Below are positions 11,705 through 22,518 of a stretch of DNA of 64,000 nucleotides, in pieces. The DNA is from Marsupella aquatica (lineage: Eukaryota; Plantae; Marchantiophyta): assembly GCA_973895155.1 (NCBI GenBank), contig OZ316891.1:5303708-5367707 (forward strand), given 5' to 3'. Every line of letters starts with the position of its first letter. The first letter of the stretch is position 1. The translations under genes were made by a program, and so were the position numbers. The notes below the pieces were generated by a model. The model worked only from the letters and a program-made list of their open reading frames with translations. It did no database searches and was not told the origin of the DNA.

Positions 11705-14700
11705 AATCAATATGTGGTGCCTGATATTGGGGTAATATCACGAGCTATGCGGCAACACCTTGTTGAGGCCATGGTGGCGAATGATGGGGAGGAGAATGAG
11801 GTACAACATGAGGATGATGACTCTACCCAAGATCGGCTTGAAGATGAGGAGGCCATGGATGAGCTCATGAACCAATTTTATGAAGATGATGCTGATATTG
11901 GTATGGAGGAGATGGGTTTCACCGATGACAACACCACTCATCCTTCTAGGGGGGGCCAGCAGAAGGAATGGGAAGAGGCTCAACGTCATGCTCGTACTCG
12001 CATATTTGAGGGGAGTAGGTTATCTCGGCTCTCAGCAATAATGTTATTGTTGAATGTGCAACAAAGACATGGAGCCAGCAACCTACTTTTGGATGATGTT
12101 TTTCGTACCCTACATGATCGCATTTTACCACCAGGCAACAACATGCCAAGGTCTTGGAAGGAGGCTAAACAGGTGTTGAAGTCCATTGGTCTAAAGTATG
12201 AAGTGATACATGCATGTGTAAATGACTGCATTCTTTTTAGGGGTGAGCATGAAAATGCAATCATATGTCCTGAGTGTGAGAAGCCGCGGTACCGTGATGA
12301 CATGTTGATAGGGAAGGTGCCTCAAAAAGTTATGCGGTATTTTCCTCTCATCCCTCGATTGCGAAATCAATACCGTTGTGCAGAGTTGGCTGAGTATATG
12401 GTATGGCACTCACAACATCGTTCTGATATGGGTACAGACTCCAGTGCCATGCGAATGATGGTTGACTCTCCTGCCAATCGATTTGTAGAGGATAGATGGG
12501 GTGAGTTCAAAACTGACCCACGACATGTGAGACTTGGATTGGCAGCAGATGGTATTAGCCCTTTTGCATTGGCAGGTAAAGCAAAACCATATTCAGTATG
12601 GCCAGTAGTTCTAACAAACTACAATATCCCTCCATGGATGGCCATGAAGAAAGGTCATCTACTACTCTCAATGATCATCCCGGGTCCTAAGCAAGTAAAA
12701 AAGATTGACATCTACTTGCAACCTTTGATTGATGAGCTTTTGCAACTTTGGAGGGGAGTGGATTGTTATGACGGACGTCGCAACACTGGAGGTTTATCTC
12801 GCGCATTCACCCTCAAGGCCATTCTTATGTGGACCATGCATGATTTACCAGGTAATCACAATAAACCTTGCAATTAATTTAACCCTATTTCATCAATCTT
12901 GCACTTAATTAAAAATTGTATTTTTTTCTCTAACCTTCTTTCATTGGCTGGCTGTCCCTTGACCAATCATAGGGTTTGGATATATCTCTGGATTGCAAAC
13001 ATCAGGCTATCAAGCTTGCCCTTCATGTGGACCAGATTTGGAGGGAGTGGCAAGACGCAAGTCAACTACTTTGCGGAAGATAGTTTACATTGGTCATACT
13101 AAATATCTTCCAGCAGACCATCCTTGGAGGAGTGACCACTTCCTGTATGACACTGATGAGGGCCAACCTGATACCCGTCCTCAACCTCAGCGAAAGGATC
13201 CAGCATATTGGAGAGAGGTATGGCAAAGAGTTCAAAACCCAGATGATCCATTACAATTTCTCAGATGTGGGATGACCCGTTTGTCTGCATTATCACAGTT
13301 GCCATATTGGTCAGAGATGCCCATTAATCACTTGTTAGATCCGATGCACATTGAGGGGAATGTGGGGAGGTCATTGATTCGTCATCTATATGGGGAGAAG
13401 AACCACAATTGGAGAGAAAGTTGTGAGGAGATGGGGATGCATGGTCTTCTTGGTTTTTGGCCATCTTTGGACCCCCCTGGAGACCCCCCTAGCATCCATC
13501 CACCTTGGGTTTTGACTAGGGCAGAGCGCACTGAGTTTCGCAGACGTATTGGGTCAATGAGGTTTCCCATAGGTTATGGCGCAAATCTCCAAAAAGCATT
13601 TGGGGGGGATGATTCTCCAAAATGGCCATCTTACTTGAAAACACATGATTATCATCGGTTACTAGAACATGTCATTCCAGTTGCGATTATTGGATTGGGT
13701 AGTGAGGAACTTCGTGATGCCCTTTGGTCATTGGGAAAGCTTTTGAGATGGGTATGTCAGAAGGAGGTACAGGAGGATGAAACTGCTGCAATGGAGATAT
13801 TTGGAGTAGAGGTTATTTGTAAGTTGGAGAAGGCACTCCCTCCCTCTTTCTTTGATGGCCAGGTTCATTTTCTCATACATTTAGTGCATGAGGTTGCAAT
13901 TGCAGGCCCAGTGCATTGTCGATGGATGTATTGGGTTGAGCGTTATATGGGGGTGATGAAGTCGTACGTCTCTAATCGCGCTAGGGTGGAAGGTAGCATT
14001 GCAGAGCGTCATCTTGGAGCAGAGAGTATGTTTTATTGTACAAACATAGTTGCCACACTAGATCCTAATTAACGCTCCTAGGGGATGGATACATGAGGCA
14101 GCGCGAGAGGCGGACTATGAGGATGATAGACTCACTGGGGCATCAGGAGAGCGTCTCTTGAGCTCAGCGGAGCGTTTGCAGCTCACAACATTTATGTTGT
14201 ATAATTCACCAGAGGTTGTAGGGGAGTGGACAACATTTTATGAGGAGGAGAAGAAAAATAGTCGGCGACCATGATTATTTCCCAAGTTTCACCCATACAT
14301 GAAGTCAAAGATGCTAGAAGTGGATGCCTTGGTGGGTATTGGGGAGAGCATATCACACTTCCCAAAGGTGACTGATAAGCTTCATACCTTGATTCATGGT
14401 CCACTACTTATAGTCACGACTCGGACAGCCATGTGGTCCAAGGGAAGACATTTTCGTGTTGAACGACTTGATGAGAAGAGGGCAGCTACACAAGATTGTG
14501 GGGTGATGGGTTGGTTCACCCAGGATTCACAGAGTAGCACATTAGACAGGAATCCCATTCGGTCCACCGTCGCCCATTATGGAAAGATTGAGGAAATCCT
14601 TACCATAAAGTACCATGCACATACTACTTTGGAGGAAGTGGTATTAAAGTGCAAATGGTTCAAGATGAATCTTATGGGCCACAACCGGACATGTGAAGAT

Positions 14701-14937
14701 GATGCATGCGGTTTTACCCGGTTGAAGACAACCGCAAATAGTGTCATCAGCTCAAACTGGAGGTCCTCAGATCCCTTTGCGTTCCCCCATCACCTTGAAC
14801 AATGTTTTTACCTACCCTATCCAGATGACTCAGATTGGTCCATTGTCATGCCATACATTCCACGATCACGATCCATCGTCCAGGATAGACCTAATATAGT
14901 TATAGTGGAAGATACTGACATTCCCTCCACTAGTTAG
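11705..14937 (+). pseudogene. CACTA TnpD/Tnp2-like transposase (Transposase_21, DUF4218, DUF4216 regions)
   Basis: IHACVNDCILF, RHVRLGLAADG, YSVWPV..YNIPPW, HDLPG|FGYISG..ACPSC (intron 12852-12972), LDPMHIEGN, FFDGQVHFLIHL..GPVHCRWMY, YGKIEEI..LKCKWF; 4-bp insertion at ~14069 and TGA at 14272. Confidence 0.95.
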
Positions 14938-17106
14938 ATATCTAGTACATCAAAGGCGTAGCTAACCCCTACCATCTTATTTGTGGCTATTTTATTGGCA
15001 TTACATATTTATCGGCATTTCATGTGTTCTCACACTCTACCATTGCATAAACTATATTGCTACAAGTATCCAGGATCAAACCATGACCACAATACAATGT
15101 CCCATTGTCAATCCCATGGAATCTACATCGCACAGGCATCGGTACTCGGCCGGAGAACTAAACCTCTTTCCGATATTGAAAGTGACGGGACACATGCGAT
15201 TCAAAACCTATCGGACACATTTTTCCGTTCCAGAAACCATCGGACCCCTCGGCAAAAATGATGAAGGAGGGGTCCGATATGCTTACCTTCGGACAACTTC
15301 CGATACTGTAACTATCGCACGTAGGTTCCAAAGCAATGTCTTTCCCAATATTATGTCCATTGGTTTAAATATCGGACAATGTCCGTTTGTTTTTCCAACG
15401 AGCCTCAGGTCCGAGTGTAATTGCATCGGAAGCTAAAGCCTTACTTTTGTCGTCTTTTTGAGATGCTATTAATTTCGGACATTGTTCGATAGTTCTGGTA
15501 TGGGATAGTTTTTGCGAAGCATTTTCCATCGGTACGTTTATTTCCGATATATCATGAATCGGAAATTACGATGGTTTTAATATCGGAAGTTGTCCGATGC
15601 GTTCGGTTTCGGACGGCTAAAAGAAGCCGCGATTTGAGTATCGGAAAGAGACCAAAAATGTACTAGTGTTTGCTCACAGAAGTCTCTCACACCGACCCTG
15701 TCGACCTGTGGCATCGTCGCCTCAATCACGTGAACTACCAGATGGTACATCACATGTCCACGGGGTCCTTAGTCACTGGGATACCACCCCTTCCTCGGGT
15801 AAAACGGGTTTGCGACACCTGTGTTCTAGGCAAACACCATCGGGACAAAGCTCCCAAATATTCTTGCTCTCGATCTTCTCGACCTCTGGAACTCATTCAC
15901 TCCAACCTTTGCGGACCAGTTCATGGGCCCGGTCCCACCAAGTATATTCTCACTCTTATCGATGATTTTTCACGCTTTACTTGGGTTTACTTCCTCGCTT
16001 ACAAAAGTGATACGTTCGCAAAATTCAAGGACTTCAAGATTCTTGTTGAAAACCAATTCAACCACAAAGTTGGTTGTCTTCACTCAGATCGCGGTGGGGA
16101 ATACATGTCCGCAGAATTTCTATCTTTTTGCAGGCTCCACGACATTCGATGTCAACTCACCGTAGCTGACTCTCCACACCAAAATGGCATTGCAGAACGC
16201 AAAAACCGCACCCTACTTGAAGCTGCCCGGATCATACTAATTGATTCTGGTTTCCACTGTCTCTCTGGACTGAAAGTATCCGTGCAGCTAATTACGTCCA
16301 AAATCGATCCGGCACACGCGCCCTTCATCAGACTACTCCATTTCAGGCTCTACATGGCTCCAAGCCCGACCTCAGCCACCTCCGTGTTCTTGGTTCAACT
16401 GCATACGTTCTTATACCGGCCTCTCATCAGACCAAGCTCGGCATCAAAGCCATCCGCACCACCCTTCTCGGCTATGACGATCAATCTAAGGCCTATCGCT
16501 GTTTTGATGCTACACGCCAACGCATTCTCATCTCCAAAGATGTTACATTCGACGAGAATACCATGGGCATTCACGTCACCAATCCTATTGCCGCTCAACT
16601 ACTATTCCAATCTCTCCTCACTGATGATATTCCTACAGCTTCGCTTGCTCCAGCAATTCTTGCTCCAGAGGGGGAACCAGTGCCCGATCAAGCACTTGAT
16701 CAGGAGCCTCCAGTTCTAGAAGAGGAGCCTATCTGCGAACCTCTGGAACCAGTATGTGAACGAATTGCGCCTGAGCCACTTGTTATTAATCCTGTCCCAA
16801 CAACACCTCAACCAGCGCTACGACACTCCCTTCGGACCCGACAACCACCACCTTGGCACAACGACTACGAAATGAGCAGCAATCTCATCGAGGCCACTGG
16901 ATCTGAATGTGGAAATCTATCTGTCAAAGAGGCTCTCAAACACCCAAGATGGAAGAAGGCCATGGAAGATGAAATCAAATCTCTCCTCGACATGGGCACC
17001 TGGGAGCTAGTCTACCTCCCTGCTGGACTACGCGCCCTCACAGCAAAATGGGTCTTTCGTGTCAAGCCCAACTCAACCAGATTTCGACTGAAAGCTAGGT
17101 TCGTTG

Positions 17107-17402
17107 CTCGGGGGTCTCACTATATGGGGACCTCCCATCACCTGCGACGTTTTTAGGCCTTGGACCCCCTAAAATGTAAGAATTTTTTAATATTTTTTAA
17201 CCCCTATAAAGTTAGAATATTCTTGGAATATTCCAAAAATTGGATTAAAAAGGCCCTAATGTTATTATAAGTCTCAAAATTGAATTTAAAAGACCCTATT
17301 GTTCTTCTACAAAAATTCTTAAGTCTTCCCTTACAACCAATAAAATGACCCTATCATTCGTCGCACTTGATATGCCATTTTTGTGGAAGTGAAACCCCCA
17401 AG
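17107..17402 (-). mobile_element. 296-bp MITE copy 2, inverted relative to copy 1
   Basis: Near-identical reverse complement of 3757-4052; TSD GTTCGTTG at 17099-17106 and 17403-17410; excision restores KARFVARGF. Confidence 0.93.
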
Positions 17403-18836
17403 GTTCGTTGCACGTGGTTTTGAACAAAAGTTTGGCATCGACTACAATGAAACCTTCGCCCCTGTAGTCAAATGGTCCACTCTGCGTGCTGTCATCGCCC
17501 TTGCCATAGCCAATGGATGGGAGCTACACCATATGGACGTCATCACTGCCTTCCTCAACGGTACCCTCACAGAAGAACTCTACATGCAACAACCTCAAGG
17601 TTTTGAGACTCTTGGAAAGGAAACAATGGTCTGCCACCTACGACGATCACTCTACGGTCTCAAACAATCTCCCCGGGCCTGGTACAGTGAAATCGACTCT
17701 CACCTTCGAGAAACTGGATGGACCCGTAGCACTGCAGATCCAAATCTCTACTTCTATCACTCAGATGGGGCGCTTCTTATTCTCATGCTCTATGTTGACA
17801 ATCTCCTCATCACCGGCAGCGATTCTGACAAAATTGCTGACATCAAATCCCATCTCCAACACAAGTACCAAATGAAGGACCTCGGCTTGGCCCAAAAATA
17901 TCTTGGCATTGAGTTCCTCCAAACACCTACTGGCCTCATTTTAAACCAAGCTACCTACTGCCAGGAGCTCATCAACAAATTTGCCATCACCACATCAACG
18001 TCAATTCCTCTCCCTGAAGGCCACATCCTCACAACTGATACTTACACCCCGCCATTTGACACAAGTGCTTATTGCCATGCTGTTAGCAAACTTATTTTTT
18101 TAACTCATACTTGACCTGTCATCTCCTACGCCGTCGGCATCGTCAGCCGTTACATGAGCGCTCCACAACAACGACACTAGGATTCTGTTCAAAACATTCT
18201 CAAGTACCTACACGGCACTTATGACTATGGGATTACCTTTGTCAATACATCTACGACCTCCCTTCAAGGATTCACCGACGCTGATTTTCTTGGATGCCCG
18301 GAAATTCGTCGCTCCCGTGGTGCTTACCTGATTCAACTGGCAAACGGTCCCATCTCATGGTCCAACAAGCTTCAAAGTACCATCTCTGACAGCACCACTG
18401 AGGCAGAATACAAGGCACTTTCCGAAGGGGCTAAGGAAGCTGTCCATATTTGCAGACTACTTGCCGAACTTGATCCTCACTCCAAACTTACCGTTCCTCT
18501 CACTTCTTCAAACTCATCCATTCATCACAATCTCTCTCATGCACATATTCCTACCTCTGCTGACATCCACTTACACTGTGACAACCAGGGATCTATCAAG
18601 CTCGCCAACAATCCCGTTTTTCATGCACGCACCAAGCACATCGAAGACAAACACCATTTCATCCACAAAAGGGTGCTAGAGGGGGAAATCTCATTATCTT
18701 ACATCAACACAAACAAAAATCCCGCCGACATCTTCACCAAGCCTCTCTCAAAACTCAAGTTTGAGAAACATCGCGCCTTTATTGGAGTGAAATCTATTTC
18801 AGGAGCACAGAAACACTCCTGAAATACACCTTCCTT

Positions 18837-19463
18837 CTACATTCCATATTTTGACAAGAAATACTCTGCCTCCCGCAATGTACAAAAACTCTGATGACAA
18901 TTCCCTGAATAACCATTGACCTCCTTACTTGCTTCTGCCCAATTTAGGTAGATTCCTGGCCTACGCCCGGCTGCCACTGCATAATAACGACGTCTATACA
19001 GCATCGGCATTCTATCAGCCTGATCTTCTTGGGAGACCTGAGCTTCAGAGGGGGCACTCGGCCCATACACTTCAGCTCTCCTCAACGACACTAACATTCG
19101 GCTCTCCTGCTGCTCACCAATCCGCACCTGAGGATCCCTCCTCTCCTCCTCTATCTTCGGCATTCTGACCAGCTCATCGACATCCTGCAAACGAGTCCAT
19201 CGGGAGACTCCCCTACATCCCCTTGACAGCAATTGCAGCAATCGCACCACTACTTTCAAAACACCACATATACTCACCACTAGCACATGACGGAATGACA
19301 TTCTCGCCTTTTCTTCCTCTCTCTTCTCCTCAGTTATTTTGTGGACATCACCGTCCTCCTTTCTCTCCTCAAAAAACTTACTTGAGAGGGGGTGTTGTAA
19401 AACACTTGCTTGTAAGTCACTTAGGAGATTAAGCTTTTCTCTTAGCTTAACCTGCACCTCCAT
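18837..19463 (-). CDS. Antisense accessory ORF of the Copia with C-terminal RNase H1 N-terminal hybrid-binding / caulimovirus viroplasmin (Cauli_VI) domain
   Basis: YYAVAAGRRPGIYLNWAEASKEVNGYSGNCHQSFCTLREAEYFL fits the YAVxxGrxpGiYxxWxxxxxxVxgyxgxxxxxFxtxxEAxxf consensus; uninterrupted; start may be ATG 19463 (in the LTR) or ATG 19301. Confidence 0.85.
   Translation of the reverse strand: MEVQVKLREKLNLLSDLQASVLQHPLSSKFFEERKEDGDVHKITEEKREEEKARMSFRHVLVVSICGVLKVVVRLLQLLSRGCRGVSRWTRLQDVDELVRMPKIEEERRDPQVRIGEQQESRMLVSLRRAEVYGPSAPSEAQVSQEDQADRMPMLYRRRYYAVAAGRRPGIYLNWAEASKEVNGYSGNCHQSFCTLREAEYFLSKYGM
19384..19392 (+). promoter_or_regulatory. Polypurine tract
   Basis: GAGAGGGGG abutting the 3' LTR. 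Confidence 0.9.
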
Positions 19464-19601
19464 TCTTACTTCCGGCCGCTCTCTTCCCTACTGTCGATCC
19501 TAGGTTACTACCTTCCCTCCGTTGATTCCCCTCTCCCTAAATCCTACTTATAGTGAGTCCTGCGCTCAGTCCTACGTAGCAATAGATTAGTGTTACCAAC
19601 A
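19393..19601 (+). repeat. Copia 3' LTR (209 bp)
   Basis: Matches 1891-2099 with 3 transitions; followed by TSD TTTAA. Confidence 0.98.
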
Positions 19602-19606
19602 TTTAA

Positions 19607-20095
19607 CACCTGGTCTAAATTCACAAGTGGATGGCTGTGGTAGATACATCTCCCAGATCGAGCACGAATAGGAAGTCTTTGATATAAGTCCGTGTTAGGA
19701 GATTAAGCATGCATATGAGGAAGTCACAAAGAAGATCGGAGGATGCGCGCGTCCCAAGACATCCTAGCCTGGATTAGTTGGACTATCAAGGTCCAAAATG
19801 TTGAGTAAAGATCCAAGCTATATCTGTAGGGCAATTAGAGTGGCTAACTAAATGTATGACATTGGAAACAGCCAATTGAATTGTAGCGGAAACAGCCAGT
19901 TGAATTTGTATCGGAAACAGCCAATTGAATTATATATATAGTGACATGTATGTATGTCCAAGAAATCTGGAAATAAACTTTTTTAAAAAGGCTGTTCATT
20001 CAATTTGAGCATTTAAGTTGGTTAAATCAGTTTTCTTTTTGGTCTAGTCTGCATTTCCGACATAAAAAGTACTTTAGACCACTGTATTCGAGATC
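19607..20095. repeat. Left arm (part 2) of the inverted duplication
   Basis: cacctggtctaaattcacaagtggatggctgtggtaga... is reverse-complement similar to 22519-22929. Confidence 0.88.
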
Positions 20096-22518
20096 CTTTT
20101 TTTCTTTTTTCTTTTTTCTTTTTAGAAAGGGAAAATATATGTGAAACCACACTGAGTGAGTCTATCTTAGTCTATTGATATTACAATCTTAATTTGGTGG
20201 GTAGTTTGGTTCATTTACATTTAATAGATAATTATCTGACATTCTTCTCTGATGAAAAACTTCACTCAAGCAAGCATATATTGAAAACCATATTACTTTT
20301 CAAACTTTGATTTTGACAATGCATTCATTTGAATAGTGGATCTTATTTCAATTTTTCTTAAATTCATCAAATTATTAAGAAATCAATGATTTTGAGTAAA
20401 GCTTTCAAACCATTGGGTTGCCTCATTGAGCTGAATTTTCAAATTACTACAACTTCCTTGAGAAACCCTAACTTTCTTACTACATGACTCAATCTGTTTT
20501 TATTGTTGCCAATTTTGAGCATCTTGATAAGCTTCATAATATGACACATGAAGACAGTACGATTAGTTGAGTGTAAGGTCTTGGAGAAACGGAGTTCAAG
20601 GACCATCAATCATATTCATTTTTTATTCCAATTGTTATTTGCTTGATGGAACTTGTGGTGAAGGTATTCATTTGGCTAAATTAAGAATCTACTTGCTGCT
20701 GAAAATACATGCACGATTGCCCGCACTTATATCTTAGATAATTATTAAATTATAGCATGCATGATAATATTCTTTAAGAAGTCCTAAAGGTGGATGGCAA
20801 GATTGAGGGATACTAAAAGGTTTTTTTTGTTCTCTACAAAAAGGACATTTTCTAGTTATAATAGTAAGAATATACAAAGTCAGAGTGAACCAAATGTTAT
20901 GTCATGGAATGGCTAGGATTGTTTGGTTGAGATTGAAAGGTTAGATCTTATATGCCAAGTCTTTGGAAGTGTGTCTAGACTTTTTAGAAGTCTCAATCTC
21001 TTAGGAAGTGTGCACAACATTTTTGAAAGTGTGTCCAGCCTTTTCACATGTTCAACCAAATCTTGATGGTATTTATTTCAGTCCTTTTCTCTCTCCTTGT
21101 TGAATTTCTCCCTTTTGCATCCTTTGTTTCCTTCAATCTTGCCATCCACCTAATTTCAGATATAAGGAAGAGGAGCTATATCTTAAACAAAACTTCTATA
21201 TAATGAAAGAATTACATGAGACAAGGTCCGGATGTGACCATTGGGCTTGCATACACACAAAAAATAGCATGCAGTAAGTTGCCTTTCTGCAGTCTAGCAG
21301 TGCCTGTTGGTGTTCTCATGCCTATTGATCTGTTGTGCAAATAGGATTTGCCAAAAACAATTCATTACAGCAAAACCAGCATAATACAATTGCTAAAAGC
21401 AAGTTCTTGGGTACACAAAACTCTCTTAAATTATAATAGAGCCCGGGTCTACATTTTTATACGGACTAAAAGGTTAGCTATAGTAAAAATCAAAACTTGA
21501 AATAAGTTGGGGGTTCCATTTAAAAAACATTATGAGTCATATATAAAGTTTGGTTTTCTTGTTTTTCCATGTAAGATTAAAAAAAAAATCTAAACTTACT
21601 GTAAGTTTTATTAAAAGATTTTCATAATTTTAATAAAGTTCCTAAAAACTGTCTAGTTTGGCTGTATCTAACCCCTGTATTAAAAAAAGGTATATACCTG
21701 TGTTTAACAAGTTGAAGCAATATTTATGTCTCAATATAATCATGCACACTGCTTACCAATCCTGGAGCAATGGTTTTAATAGTACCCATTTAAGGAAAAC
21801 ATTAGGACTCAAGACTCACTTCATCCTTGCTTAGTTTCAGGAAGTACACAAGCAAAGTGGACTTAGCGGTTAATTACGCTTCATCGCTTCAAACATAAGA
21901 TCCAAATTAATTAGGGTTCATCGCTTCAAACACAAGATCCAAGTATCTAGGATAAGTTCCATGCACACAAACTGCACATGCTTGATGATGGTTATGTGCC
22001 ACAGCAGATAAATTAATTGACCAGTCTTGTAAGACTATCAACCCGACTTTCAATAAGAAACCTTAATAATTGTACTCAATCATTTCTATGCTTCTTGTTC
22101 AGGGTATAACTAAGGAGTACATTCGACAAAAGATGGTTGATTGATATTGAATTCCAGACCAAGCTGATTACATCGGAAGGGTCCTATATGTTTTGTAGCA
22201 GGCTAGGAAGCTCGCTGGCAGAGACAATTAATTGTCTTTAGCTGGTGCTCCGATTTGACACTTACGGTACTCCGCTAACACCTTGACTTTCATATATATA
22301 TTCACAAGGCAAAACTGACTCTCGAAGTAAAATACCACTGGCATATAAGTGCCTTCTCTAGTACGTGTTTGTGGGTCTTGGTAAAACTCCGCTAAACCGT
22401 ATAACTTGAAGATCCACTCGAACCGCTAAAGCAGACAAAGTCTTAGTGTTGACAGAAAAGAATAACAGACATCTATCACACACATCGAAAAAAATTCTGA
22501 CAAACTACGGCATGCTGA

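Larger units (their letters stand above)
4196..15668 (+). mobile_element. CACTA (En/Spm) DNA transposon, ~11.5 kb
   Basis: 14-bp perfect TIR CACTAGTACATTTT; 3-bp TSD TTT (4193-4195 and 15669-15671); dense TCCGAT/ATCGGA subterminal repeats; internal TnpD-like transposase; excision restores Copia SPILLTEVSH. Confidence 0.97.
2414..18822 (+). pseudogene. Copia gag-pol polyprotein, interrupted by three insertions, stops and a frameshift
   Basis: Gag; knuckle CNYCGKTGHWEPEC (~3215); protease WILDSGASTH (~3485); LWHRRLNH..CDTC; integrase IDDFSR/SDRGGEY/NGIAERKNR; RT KARFVARGF, LYGLKQSPRAW, YVDN; RNase H FTDADF. Stops at 3011, 3095, 18112, 18178; frameshift ~16250. Removing each insertion plus one TSD restores the frame. 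Confidence 0.95.
1891..19601 (+). mobile_element. Full-length Ty1/Copia LTR retrotransposon with nested insertions
   Basis: Two TG...CA LTRs, TSD TTTAA (1886-1890 and 19602-19606), tRNA-iMet PBS, PPT, domain order gag-PR-INT-RT-RH. Confidence 0.98.

Noticed and set aside
14981-15436. 151-aa ORF near the CACTA right end
   Set aside because: Runs through TCCGAT subterminal repeats with no recognisable motif; likely spurious.
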